A stretch of DNA of 41,881 bases from a virus (lineage: Duplodnaviria; Caudoviricetes). Positions within the stretch are counted from its first letter, which is position 1; each line of letters begins with the position of its first letter. The stretch spans positions 1 to 41,881 of the IMG/VR virus record IMGVR_UViG_3300037760_000326. One strand, given 5' to 3'. The position numbers and the translations under genes are program-made. Shown piece after piece: positions 1 to 8,112 of this stretch. Below the pieces are notes generated by a model, which ran no database searches, was not told the DNA's origin, and saw only the letters and a list, made by a program, of their open reading frames with translations.

Positions 1-127
1 GGGGGTGCAGCATGAACACGACCATCGACAAGGACAGGCTCGCGCAACTCGACAGCATGGTGCTGTCCAGCGGCTCTCACGAATCACTCGAGGAGGGAGC
101 CTGCGCGATGGAACTGGTGAGCTACCT
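1..127. repeat. Terminal direct repeat, left copy (circular assembly overlap)
   Basis: Identical to 41755-41881. The length of 127 nt matches a common assembler k-mer. The RecT stop overlaps the ATG of ORF 12..725 across the junction (ATGA). Confidence 0.95.
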
Positions 128-725
128 CGCGCACGAGCCGTGGAGCGACTCACCGCAGTGCACGTGTCCGGTACTCGGCGCGTTCATGCGCAGATGGAAC
201 GACGGCATCTTGGACGACGAGACCCGAACGCGCCTGCTGCGCCCGCTCCTGCCCCGGCTCATCGGCACGCGGTCGACGCCGGAGGTCGAGGACTCGCGCG
301 CATGGCTGGCGACCGACTGGCTGATCCGCGTCTGCACCCCGGCGTTCCTCGATCTGTCGTCCGGTCTGCGAGAGCACGCTCGCGCTCTGTCGGGTCTGCC
401 CCCGGTCACGTCGAGCGCAGCGGCGGGGTCGGCGCAGCCGACGATCGCCGCCGCCGGGGCCGCCGCCTGGGACGCCGCCTGGGCCGCCGCCGGGGCCGCC
501 GCCGGGGACGACGCCTGGGCCGCCGCCGGGGCCGCCGCCAGGGCCGCCGCCAGGGCCGCCGCCTGGGCCGCCGCCTGGGCCGCCGCCGGGGCCGCCGCCA
601 GGGCCGCCGCCAGGGCCGCCGCCGGGTCCGCCGCCAGGTCCGCCCTGCAGCCGGTCGTTGACCGCCTGCAGGTGTCGGCGGTCGGCCTCGTCGAGCGAAT
701 GATCGCGGTGGAGGTGGCGTCGTGA
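12..725 (+). CDS. Hypothetical protein with N-terminal GxH..GAC.ME..WSD.P.C motif and AAA(W/G/R) tetrapeptide repeats
   Basis: 237-aa ORF translationally coupled on both sides (ATGA, GTGA). Confidence 0.8.
   Translation: MNTTIDKDRLAQLDSMVLSSGSHESLEEGACAMELVSYLAHEPWSDSPQCTCPVLGAFMRRWNDGILDDETRTRLLRPLLPRLIGTRSTPEVEDSRAWLATDWLIRVCTPAFLDLSSGLREHARALSGLPPVTSSAAAGSAQPTIAAAGAAAWDAAWAAAGAAAGDDAWAAAGAAARAAARAAAWAAAWAAAGAAARAAARAAAGSAARSALQPVVDRLQVSAVGLVERMIAVEVAS
447..638 (+). repeat. 16 tandem in-frame 12-bp units, consensus GCCGCCGCC(T/G/A)GG
   Basis: Read directly from the sequence. Encodes AAAW/AAAG/AAAR with occasional D or S. Confidence 0.9.
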
Positions 726-1894
726 CCATCACAGCCTCGGCTAGAGAACGCATCCAGCACTGCCCGGCTTCTTGTTGCCTCCCGCAAATAAACACCACGT
801 CCGAGTGGGCGCAGACTGGCAATGACGGACACGAGGCGATGTGCGCGTTCGTGTCGCAGCTGCGCGAGGGCATGAGCCTCGATGCCGCGCTGGTCAACGT
901 GCCGGACGAATGGGCGCCGCTGTGCGAGTCGCTGGCGCCGCTGGCGCCGCACCTCCGCCCCGAGCTGGCGCTGGCCATGTCCCTCGAGACCAGCGAGGCG
1001 CGCGTCCTGGGTGAGAACCTGAAGCGCCGGTACGACCTGATCGACGGCGAGATCGCCGGCACCGCCGACCTGGCCGGCGTCATCGACGGCGTTGCCATCG
1101 TCGTGGACCTAAAGACAGGGTACGGCAAGGTCACGCACCCGGAGCGCAACCCTCAGCTGGCCATGCTGGCGCTGATGGCGGCGCGCGCGTGGGGCTGCGA
1201 CTCGGCCCGGATCGCGATCATCGTCGGGCGCGAAAGCTCGGAGCCGCGCTGGCAGTGGCACCACCTCGAATGCTGGGACCTCGACGCCATCGCCTCGGAG
1301 CTGATCGATGAGGCACGGCAGGTCGCCCACGCGGTCACCGTGGTGCAGTCGGGCGGCGTCCCCAATGTCAACGAGGGCGAGCACTGTCGCTACTGCCCGG
1401 CGACGCCCGTCTGCCCCGCGAAATCCCACCTGATCCGCAGGCTCGCCAGCGGCGCCGAGGGGGACGAGCTCGAGCTGCTCATTCCACTCGATGCGCGGAC
1501 CGCCGGCATCGCGTGGGAGCGGCTCGGCATGGCTCGCGCGATGCTCAATCGCATCGAGGCGGCGTGCCGAGCGTACCTGGAGGAGCACGGCCAGCTCGAG
1601 CTGCCGAATGGCAAGCTTCTGAAGCAGGTGACCGTCGAGGGCAATGAACGCCTCGACGGTGACGAGGTGTACAACGTCGCGCTGCAGCTGTGCGGACCGG
1701 CCGTCGCGGATGCATCGGTGCAGCGAACGGCCACCAAGAAGGCGCTGGAGGAGGCGACGCGCATGGCATTCGGGCGCGGCGGAGCGGCCAAGGCGCGCCA
1801 TGTCCTCGAGGAGGTGCGCAAGCGCGGCGGCGCGTCGCGCGGCAAAACCACGAAGCTCATCGAAGTCGAGCCAGAGCGAAAGGCCCTGCCATGA
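722..1894 (+). CDS. PD-(D/E)XK RecB/Cas4-like (DUF2800-type) exonuclease
   Basis: GTADL...VDLKTG nuclease motifs, N-terminal CPAS and C-terminal CRYCPATPVC Cys cluster. Near recT across the junction. Confidence 0.85.
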   Translation: MTITASARERIQHCPASCCLPQINTTSEWAQTGNDGHEAMCAFVSQLREGMSLDAALVNVPDEWAPLCESLAPLAPHLRPELALAMSLETSEARVLGENLKRRYDLIDGEIAGTADLAGVIDGVAIVVDLKTGYGKVTHPERNPQLAMLALMAARAWGCDSARIAIIVGRESSEPRWQWHHLECWDLDAIASELIDEARQVAHAVTVVQSGGVPNVNEGEHCRYCPATPVCPAKSHLIRRLASGAEGDELELLIPLDARTAGIAWERLGMARAMLNRIEAACRAYLEEHGQLELPNGKLLKQVTVEGNERLDGDEVYNVALQLCGPAVADASVQRTATKKALEEATRMAFGRGGAAKARHVLEEVRKRGGASRGKTTKLIEVEPERKALP

Positions 1895-2112
1895 GGTTGT
1901 CACCAGAGTCGGAGCGCCGTCTAGCTTCCATCCTCACACGGGCCCATGCCTGCAACGATTGGCGTCCCGACGGCGGGGGCCCCGCCGAGGGATTCAGAAA
2001 TCCGGCCCGGTGTCAGGGTGGGTGCGACTACGCGAATCAGGTGCGCGACCTGGTTCAGCGCGCAATCAACGAACTGATCGAAGTCGACCCGGAGAGGAAG
2101 GCACTGCCGTGA
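1891..2112 (+). CDS. 73-aa hypothetical protein ending in the same LIEV(D/E)PERKALP tail as the exonuclease
   Basis: ATGA overlap at the start and GTGA overlap at the end. 3' part of track ORF 1690..2112. Confidence 0.7.
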   Translation: MRLSPESERRLASILTRAHACNDWRPDGGGPAEGFRNPARCQGGCDYANQVRDLVQRAINELIEVDPERKALP

Positions 2113-2426
2113 GCGACGTGGTGGGAATCGTGCTCGAGGCCGCCCTGGTCCTGCGCGCGCTGGGCCGGCCGCTGCGCCTCTCGTTCGGGGTCGACGACGA
2201 CCTCTTCGACGCCGTCTCCGTGCTGCCCGATGCCGAGAAGCGCAAGACGGTCTACTCCGACGCCGATGGCGACTTCGTGATCGCTTCCGCAGAAGCGAAG
2301 GTGGGCAACGTCGAGGTGCACGCGCAGGCCCGTCGGCGCCCTGCCACGCAGGACGAGATCGACGCCGTGCCGAAGTGGAGCGAGCAGGTGGTCGAGTACC
2401 GGCACGGCGCCGTGAGGATGTCATGA
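2109..2426 (+). CDS. Hypothetical protein
   Basis: GTG start with GAGG upstream, coupled at both ends. Confidence 0.7.
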   Translation: MSDVVGIVLEAALVLRALGRPLRLSFGVDDDLFDAVSVLPDAEKRKTVYSDADGDFVIASAEAKVGNVEVHAQARRRPATQDEIDAVPKWSEQVVEYRHGAVRMS

Positions 2427-3304
2427 GCAACCAAGCATATTGCGCGTGCCTGCGTGTCGAGTACCGACCGACGCACCACGGCGACGGTACCTGCAGCGGG
2501 GCGTGGTCGTGCACCTTGTGCGGTCGAGCCTTCCACCCGATCAAGCCAGCCGCCCAGCCCGAGCATGCGGAGGTGGAGGCGCCGGACTCGGTCGTGGACC
2601 GTTGCTGTCCCGGGCTGCGCTATCGCGCGAACGCCTCGTGGCACGACGTCCACCGCGCCGTCCGGGCCGCACGCGAACCGCTGCTGACGCGCATCGAGGA
2701 ACTGGTGTACGTCCTTCGTCAGGCACGGCACTTCATACTCGCCGACGATAATGCCTCGTACATCATCTCGTGCATCGACGCCGTGCTGAGCGGAGCGCCA
2801 TCGGTCAAGACTGCCCGCGAGTCCGAGTTGGTGGAACACCTGGAAGCCGCCGCCCTCTCCGGTAGTTCGTCCTCGGTCGAGCAGCGCATAGCCGACGCCA
2901 AGGCCGAGGGCTACCGAGAGGGTCTGGCAGCTGGGTCGGAAGTGGGGGCAGCCGCCGCGGTGCTGGCGCACGAGCACGGCAAGGCCGAGGGCCGCAAGGA
3001 GGCGTTGGCCGAGTGCGGCACCTGCGGCGAGTGCGCGGGAACCGGCACCGGTGTCATGGGCCAGGTGATCGCCGACGCCGCCGCCGAGGGCTTCAGCCGC
3101 GGCTTCGATAATGGGTTCAAGGCGGGCAAGGTCGATGGTGCGCGCGAGTGCGACGCAGTTCTCGACCACGAGGAGTCGCTCTTGCCGCGCAAGGATGACC
3201 GTACGATATATGCCGACGGGGAGGCGTCGATGGTGGAAAGGGTCCGCAAGACGCTCGAGTTCGTTCGTGGCGGCGGACGGCTACGCCCCCGAGGCGACAA
3301 GTGA
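2423..3304 (+). CDS. Hypothetical protein with Cys/Zn-ribbon motifs and FliH/Yae1-like GxxxG helical repeats
   Basis: ATG at 2423 overlaps the previous stop. CxC/CxxC motifs plus AEGYREG, EHGKAEG and EGFSRGFDNGFKAG repeats. Confidence 0.65.
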   Translation: MSNQAYCACLRVEYRPTHHGDGTCSGAWSCTLCGRAFHPIKPAAQPEHAEVEAPDSVVDRCCPGLRYRANASWHDVHRAVRAAREPLLTRIEELVYVLRQARHFILADDNASYIISCIDAVLSGAPSVKTARESELVEHLEAAALSGSSSSVEQRIADAKAEGYREGLAAGSEVGAAAAVLAHEHGKAEGRKEALAECGTCGECAGTGTGVMGQVIADAAAEGFSRGFDNGFKAGKVDGARECDAVLDHEESLLPRKDDRTIYADGEASMVERVRKTLEFVRGGGRLRPRGDK

Positions 3305-3435
3305 TCGCCTTCCTGATCGGCTTTGCCGCCGGCGGCCTGTTCTGCCCGCTCGCGATCATCGTCGGCGTCGACCTGGCCGTGGCCCTCGCCGAGCGGCGCG
3401 AGCTCGCCCAGGACGAGCCCCGGAGGCGCCGGTGA
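3301..3435 (+). CDS. Small membrane protein (44 aa, MIAFLIGFAAGG...)
   Basis: Hand translation. GTGA coupling on both sides, hydrophobic N-terminus. Confidence 0.55.
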   Translation: MIAFLIGFAAGGLFCPLAIIVGVDLAVALAERRELAQDEPRRRR

Positions 3436-3584
3436 GCGTTCTGCTGTTCACCGGACTCATCGCCGCCGGCTCGATCGTGGTGCTCGTCGAGCGCGCGATC
3501 TGCGGCGTCCTCGGCTGGCGGCCGTGCCGCTGGCACCGCGTGGCGGAGCCGTTCCCCGTGGCGCGAGCGAGGAGGAGACGATGA
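3432..3584 (+). CDS. Small membrane protein (50 aa)
   Basis: GTG start after GGAGG, hydrophobic segment, ATGA overlap at the end. Confidence 0.55.
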   Translation: MSVLLFTGLIAAGSIVVLVERAICGVLGWRPCRWHRVAEPFPVARARRRR

Positions 3585-3916
3585 CGTGGGCCAAGTCCTA
3601 CGCCGTGTCGCGTACGCGGCTCGCGATCGAGATGGGCCGCCTGTGCCCTCAGCCGTGCGAGGAGTGCGGCACGGACCGGAACGTGGTGGGGCATCACGAC
3701 GACTACGCCAAACCCGACGAGGTCCGGTGGCTGTGCCAGAGCCACCATCGGCGCTGGCACAACGCGAACGGACCCGGCGCCAACGCGCACCGCCCCAAGC
3801 CGGTGCGCGGCAGGATGCCGCCTCGGCCGTACCAGACCTGGTACCCGATCGGCTGGAACGACGAGTACGGGTGCTGGGAACGATCCAGCGGGCCGATCCA
3901 GGAGCGTCGCCGGTGA
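3581..3916 (+). CDS. HNH-like zinc-binding endonuclease
   Basis: CEECG...GHHDDYAKPDEVRWLCQSHH motif, strong GAGGAG SD. Confidence 0.7.
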   Translation: MTWAKSYAVSRTRLAIEMGRLCPQPCEECGTDRNVVGHHDDYAKPDEVRWLCQSHHRRWHNANGPGANAHRPKPVRGRMPPRPYQTWYPIGWNDEYGCWERSSGPIQERRR

Positions 3917-4278
3917 ACTCCCGAGAGATGCATCGCCTGGCCCACATCGTGGCCGGCATCGTCCGCGATGACCTGAGAGCCGAGCTTCGGATATTGTCCG
4001 GCGCGCACAGACCTGCGGCGTCGGGGCAGGGAGATAGCGAATGCCCAGACGACGAGACGAACGAAGGAGGGCGCGTGGACCATACCCCCACGGAAACCGA
4101 TGGAGAGTCGTCGTGGTCGAGCCGGGAAGCCGACCGGCTCCATTCTCTTATGCGACGAAGGAAGAAGCCCTCGACGTCATCGCCCGGTACCAGAGCAAGT
4201 TCGGCACCGGCGACGACATCGACAGCGTCATCGGCCGCTGGAAAGCCGACCTCGAGACGGAGGGGCTCAAGGAGGTGA
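3913..4278 (+). CDS. Hypothetical ORF overlapping the integrase 5' end (excisionase/RDF position)
   Basis: GTGA-coupled start with AGGAG SD. Overlaps int by 238 nt in another frame. No motif recognised. Confidence 0.35.
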   Translation: MNSREMHRLAHIVAGIVRDDLRAELRILSGAHRPAASGQGDSECPDDETNEGGRVDHTPTETDGESSWSSREADRLHSLMRRRKKPSTSSPGTRASSAPATTSTASSAAGKPTSRRRGSRR

Positions 4279-5126
4279 CCGTCGAGACGCTAGAGCGGCG
4301 CGTGCGGATGTTCTTCGCGCCAGCGATGCAGCAGGAGGTGCGCTCCGTGACGGCGAAGCGCTGCACTGAGCTGTACAAGATGCTGCGCAAGACAGGCTGC
4401 GCGGTCCAGACGCACCGGCGCGCGCTGGTGGAGGCGAAGCGGTTCCTGCGCTGGTGCGTGGCACAGGGCCTACTCGCCTCCACCCCGGCGGCCAAGGTGA
4501 ACCCGGTCGGCAAGCCGAACGCGGGCAAGCCGAAGCTCCGGGTGACCGAGGCACGCGCGCTGGTGGACGTCGCCGTGGCCGCGGCGCTGCAGGGCGACGA
4601 GTCCGCAGTGGCGGTGCTGGTCGCGCTGGTGCTGGGGCGCCGAGCGAGCGAGGTGAAGAACCTGGACGTGCGCGACGTGGACGACGATGGCGCACTGCTC
4701 TGGGTGTCGGACGCCAAGACGGCGGCCGGCAAGGTGGTGCTCGACGTGCCGATCGTCCTCCGCCCTCTTCTGCTGGACCTGGTCGAGGTGCGCAAGAGGG
4801 CGAAGGAGTCACGGCTGTTCCCGGGGCGGACCCGCTACTGGGTCTACTACCACACCCTGAGGCTGTGCAAAGCAGCCGGGGTGCCGCCGGTCTGCCCGCA
4901 GGGGCTCCGCGGCACCCACGCGACCCTGGCGACCCAGACGGGTGCCACGGCGGAGATGGTGGTCCGGGCCATGGGGTGGACGTCGATCGCCGTTGGCGAG
5001 CGCCATTACCTCGCGCCGGGCACCACGGACAGAGCTCGAGCAGGACGCGCGGCAACGCGTCTGCTGAGCCCTGGGACGGAAACGACGGGAATCGATTCCA
5101 AGCCGTCCCATCAGAACAACCGATGA
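4041..5126 (+). CDS. int: Tyrosine recombinase (phage integrase)
   Basis: Catalytic set GRRASEV (R), DAKT (K), QGLRGTH (HxxR with Q), MGW (W), RHY (Y). tRNA-derived att site lies 20 bp downstream. Confidence 0.92.
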   Translation: MPRRRDERRRARGPYPHGNRWRVVVVEPGSRPAPFSYATKEEALDVIARYQSKFGTGDDIDSVIGRWKADLETEGLKEVTVETLERRVRMFFAPAMQQEVRSVTAKRCTELYKMLRKTGCAVQTHRRALVEAKRFLRWCVAQGLLASTPAAKVNPVGKPNAGKPKLRVTEARALVDVAVAAALQGDESAVAVLVALVLGRRASEVKNLDVRDVDDDGALLWVSDAKTAAGKVVLDVPIVLRPLLLDLVEVRKRAKESRLFPGRTRYWVYYHTLRLCKAAGVPPVCPQGLRGTHATLATQTGATAEMVVRAMGWTSIAVGERHYLAPGTTDRARAGRAATRLLSPGTETTGIDSKPSHQNNR

Positions 5127-5145
5127 CACAACCGCTTGAGAGGAG

Positions 5146-5203
5146 TGCGAAAGGGGGGACTCGAACCCCCACAACCTTGCGGTCGCAGGCACCTGAAACC
5201 TGC
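5146..5203 (-). other. attP: attP core: 3' half of tRNA-Leu(CAG)
   Basis: Minus strand reads anticodon arm CAGGT-TTCAGGT-GCCTG, long variable arm GACC-GCAA-GGTT, T-arm GGGGG-TTCGAGT-CCCCC, acceptor 3' strand CTTTCGC-A. No D-arm or 5' acceptor strand. Confidence 0.88.
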
Positions 5204-5347
5204 TGCCTCCAGTAATCGCAAGGTAGTACGGCCCATTACAGTACCCGACGCCCGTAGGCCTGTGCAACTTATGGGAATTTCGGCGTACCAGGTTGGTATC
5301 GCTATGACTGATAGCGCTGTGATTTCGGCCCTCTTGAGGGCCCATCG

Positions 5348-5509
5348 ATGACGGCCCCGCCGAACGCCCGCGACGCGCTCGAGGGAGCCTGCGACGAGGA
5401 CCGCTGCACGTGGTGGCCATGGGCCGAGCTTGCCGAGTGCACCGAATGCGGCGCCGCGCTCTGCGGTGAGCACGCCCCCGACCACTCGTGCCCTGAGGCG
5501 GCCCCGTGA
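5348..5509 (+). CDS. 53-aa AN1-like zinc-finger protein
   Basis: Hand translation: C-x4-C...CTECGAALCGEHAPDHSC. GAGGG upstream, GTGA overlap at the end. Confidence 0.55.
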   Translation: MTAPPNARDALEGACDEDRCTWWPWAELAECTECGAALCGEHAPDHSCPEAAP

Positions 5510-5862
5510 ACGACCGGGCAGCCTACAACCGCGATCGCCGGCTCCAGCGGGAGCGCAAGGGCGTCTGCACCATGTGCCAGAGCCGCGAGCCCGGACGTGA
5601 GCCGAGGCCTGGGCTGAAGACGTGCGCCGTCTGCGCCAGGGCGGCGGCGGACAGAGAGCGCGGGAGGGAGCCCCGCTACAAGCCTACCGGGAAGCCGCTG
5701 GGCCGGCCGCGCCGGGGCGTCGACGTGTTCAGCAGCCGGCGCGGCGAGTGCCAGAGGTGCACGGCCCCGCATGCGCCGGGCGCGGTTCTCTGCCCGGGGC
5801 ACCTGGCAACGCTGAAGGAACTGGCCGCCGAGTGCGGACGAAACGGAGAGGTGGACGAATGA
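5506..5862 (+). CDS. Basic multi-CxxC zinc-finger protein
   Basis: CTMC, CAVC, CQRC and CPGH motifs. Coupled ORF. Confidence 0.65.
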   Translation: MNDRAAYNRDRRLQRERKGVCTMCQSREPGREPRPGLKTCAVCARAAADRERGREPRYKPTGKPLGRPRRGVDVFSSRRGECQRCTAPHAPGAVLCPGHLATLKELAAECGRNGEVDE

Positions 5863-6095
5863 GCGATGCGAGGAAGTTTATCCAGAAGCTGCTCGGCCGG
5901 ATCCGGGCGGACCACCCCGAGCTGTGCTGCAGCGGGTCGTGGGACGGCGCCGAGGTCCGCGTCGAGCTCACCGGTGCGGACGGCGCCGGAGTCACGCTGC
6001 GCCGGTTCTGGGGCGACCTCCACCGCCCCGATCAGCAGGCGTGGTTCGAGGAGCGGCTGCGCGAGCTGCTCGCGAACGCGAGGGTGACGTCTTGA
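5859..6095 (+). CDS. Hypothetical protein
   Basis: ATG with GAGGTG SD, overlapping the previous stop. Confidence 0.6.
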   Translation: MSDARKFIQKLLGRIRADHPELCCSGSWDGAEVRVELTGADGAGVTLRRFWGDLHRPDQQAWFEERLRELLANARVTS

Positions 6096-6394
6096 CCGAG
6101 GAACGGCGCAAGCTGGCCCGCGAGTTGCTGGCCAAGGCGACGCCCGGGCCGTGGCACGTCTCCGACAACAAGTTGATACGCGCCGCCAACGGTTGCTACG
6201 TCGGCAATTCCTGGCCTGGCGGTACACACTCAAACGCCGACGCCGCCCTCATCGCTGCCGCGCCCGAGCTGCTGGCCGAGGCGCTGGACGCCATCGACCG
6301 GGCGATGACCGTGAGCACGGGAAAGCCGCACGAGGCGGTCCCCGGAACAGCACATTGCACCGCGTGCGACATGCGAAGGGAGTTGGAGAGATGA
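6092..6394 (+). CDS. Ead/Ea22-like phage protein
   Basis: KATPGPW...DAALIAAAP signature. TTG start overlapping the previous stop. Confidence 0.65.
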   Translation: MTEERRKLARELLAKATPGPWHVSDNKLIRAANGCYVGNSWPGGTHSNADAALIAAAPELLAEALDAIDRAMTVSTGKPHEAVPGTAHCTACDMRRELER

Positions 6395-6966
6395 GCATGT
6401 GGTCCATGATCCTGGCTGCGTTCCGCTCGGCGCCGCCCGCCCCGATCGTCACACCGCCAAGGAGCGCTCTCGGGATCGCAGCGGAGCTGACCGCGCGAGG
6501 CCAGATCGGAAGAGGCGAGCAGGGGGGCAACAACGTCGGGCCAGACCTTGATCGGTACCGCAATGGTGGGCCGGGCGGTGCATGGTGCGCGGCGTTCGTT
6601 TCGTGGTGCATCGAGGAGGCGGCGCGGCACGTCGGCCCCAGCAAGAGCTTCACGTCGGGCCAGCGGTTCGTGGCCCCGAAGCGCAGCCACGGAGCCAAGA
6701 AGCTGTTCGCCAACTGCCTCAAGGTCGGTCAGCGCGTTGACGTCCCGGCTCCGGGCGACATCGTGCTCTGGCACCGCGGGGCGAAGGGGGCGCGCACGGG
6801 CCACATCGGGATCGTGTCCCGCGTGGACGGTGGCGAGTTCTGGAGCATCGAGGGCAACAAGGGCGGCGGGAAGAACAAGGCCGGGGTGTTCATCCCGTCG
6901 AAGGTCCGCGAGTTCAACCACGAGATCGGGGAGGCGCTGCTCCTCGGGTTCGCGCGGCTGCCATGA
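6391..6966 (+). CDS. CHAP-domain peptidoglycan hydrolase (endolysin candidate)
   Basis: WCAAFVSW (catalytic Cys), PGDIVLW, GHIGIV (His), SIEGN. Confidence 0.85.
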   Translation: MSMWSMILAAFRSAPPAPIVTPPRSALGIAAELTARGQIGRGEQGGNNVGPDLDRYRNGGPGGAWCAAFVSWCIEEAARHVGPSKSFTSGQRFVAPKRSHGAKKLFANCLKVGQRVDVPAPGDIVLWHRGAKGARTGHIGIVSRVDGGEFWSIEGNKGGGKNKAGVFIPSKVREFNHEIGEALLLGFARLP

Positions 6967-7145
6967 CCCCGTGGGGCGCGCTCGATGATCTGTCCAATCA
7001 GATCTCCGCCCTCAGCGCCCGGATCGCGGAGGTCGAGGCGCGGGTGCAGGCGCTGGAGACCCGCATGATGGCGCGGTTCGACCGGCTGGAGAACACGCTC
7101 GAGGTGCTCGAGAAGCACGTCGAGGGGTTGCGGCGCGCCGGCTGA
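6963..7145 (+). CDS. Small coiled-coil protein
   Basis: Heptad pattern LSARIAEVEARVQALETRM. ATGA coupling to the CHAP gene. Confidence 0.65.
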   Translation: MTPWGALDDLSNQISALSARIAEVEARVQALETRMMARFDRLENTLEVLEKHVEGLRRAG

Positions 7146-7230
7146 GCAGGTAGGGGCGGGCCGCCCCGCCGGGGTCACGCTCGCCGGAGCGAGGTCGCGG
7201 CGGCGCTGTGCGCCGGAGGAGAAGCAAGAC

Positions 7231-7791
7231 ATGAAACGAACGTGTGTTTTTCTGGTTCTGTTGACCCTGGCCGCGCTGGGCGCGGTCGCATGCCTCGATG
7301 GAGGTGACAGCGATCTTGACGAAGAGGTTTCCGATGACGACGGCGCGCCGCCTTGGCTGGTGGATGGCGAACCGCCGCCGGAAGGCGTGGACTGGCAGAT
7401 CGTCAACACGACGCCGTCCCCCGGTTACCCATACCGGGCGACGTCCGGATTCGGCGGGCTCTGCGGAAAGCTCAAGTACCACAACGTCACCAACACCTGC
7501 GCAGCCGGCCTTCTCTGCGTGAACGGCTTCCCCAACGCCAGCACCCCGAACGCCGCGGGAGTCTGCATCGCGTGCGTCCGCCCGACGGGGTACTCGTGGG
7601 CCGGCTACGCGGACTCGGTGCCCTGGTGCAGCACCCACTACGACAGCTTCGGCGTCTCGTACATGAGCCGGGTCAACGGCATGACGTGCCACGGCGGCCC
7701 GTACTGCAACGCGTGCACGCCGGACAGCCCGCAGGGGCACGACCCTGGCCCAGACGGCGTCTGCAACAACGGCGACGACTACCTGCCGTAG
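7231..7791 (+). CDS. Cys-rich lipoprotein (moron)
   Basis: Signal peptide with lipobox AVA-C, GGAGGAG SD, about 10 Cys in the mature part. Confidence 0.75.
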   Translation: MKRTCVFLVLLTLAALGAVACLDGGDSDLDEEVSDDDGAPPWLVDGEPPPEGVDWQIVNTTPSPGYPYRATSGFGGLCGKLKYHNVTNTCAAGLLCVNGFPNASTPNAAGVCIACVRPTGYSWAGYADSVPWCSTHYDSFGVSYMSRVNGMTCHGGPYCNACTPDSPQGHDPGPDGVCNNGDDYLP

Positions 7792-8069
7792 AGCGCGTCA
7801 AGCACTCGAACCGTTCGCTGGTGCTGCTCGACTGACACAGAGCGCTCCGACAAGTCCCGACCGTTGACGCAGCGATTGTAGTAGTCCAACTCGCATCGTA
7901 CCGAGTAGGGCTCGCCGTGATGTACAGCGCCAGCCGAGCCGCACCAGTGGGCAGACTGCAACCCACACGCCTCCCTTACCGTCATCGGTGGGGGAGGCGG
8001 CTCTTTCTCCGGCCACCAGAGCCAAGCGCACACCGCCACGAGCACCACCGCCGCGATCTTCTTCTTCAT
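7779..8069 (-). CDS. N-terminally anchored small Cys-containing exported protein
   Basis: MKKK plus hydrophobic helix, poly-Pro linker, 4 Cys. Convergent with 7231..7791. Confidence 0.55.
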   Translation of the reverse strand: MKKKIAAVVLVAVCAWLWWPEKEPPPPPMTVREACGLQSAHWCGSAGAVHHGEPYSVRCELDYYNRCVNGRDLSERSVSVEQHQRTVRVLDALYGR

Positions 8070-8112
8070 CCCCGCCCCCCTCGCTGATTTCGAGGATCGC
8101 CGATGTGGAGTC

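Noticed and set aside
1-127. Biological direct terminal repeat of the virion DNA
   Set aside because: The length matches a standard assembly k-mer and the break falls within coupled early genes, so it is best explained as circular overlap.
447-638. DGR variable region or CRISPR array
   Set aside because: No reverse transcriptase or template repeat seen and no unique spacers. It is an in-frame coding tandem repeat.
722-1894. Cas4 of a CRISPR system
   Set aside because: No cas1/cas2 or array. The recT context indicates a recombination exonuclease.
5146-5230. Complete phage-encoded tRNA-Leu gene
   Set aside because: Only the anticodon arm to the discriminator is present. There is no D-arm or 5' acceptor strand (GCGAAAG) and no CCA, so it is treated as the attP core.
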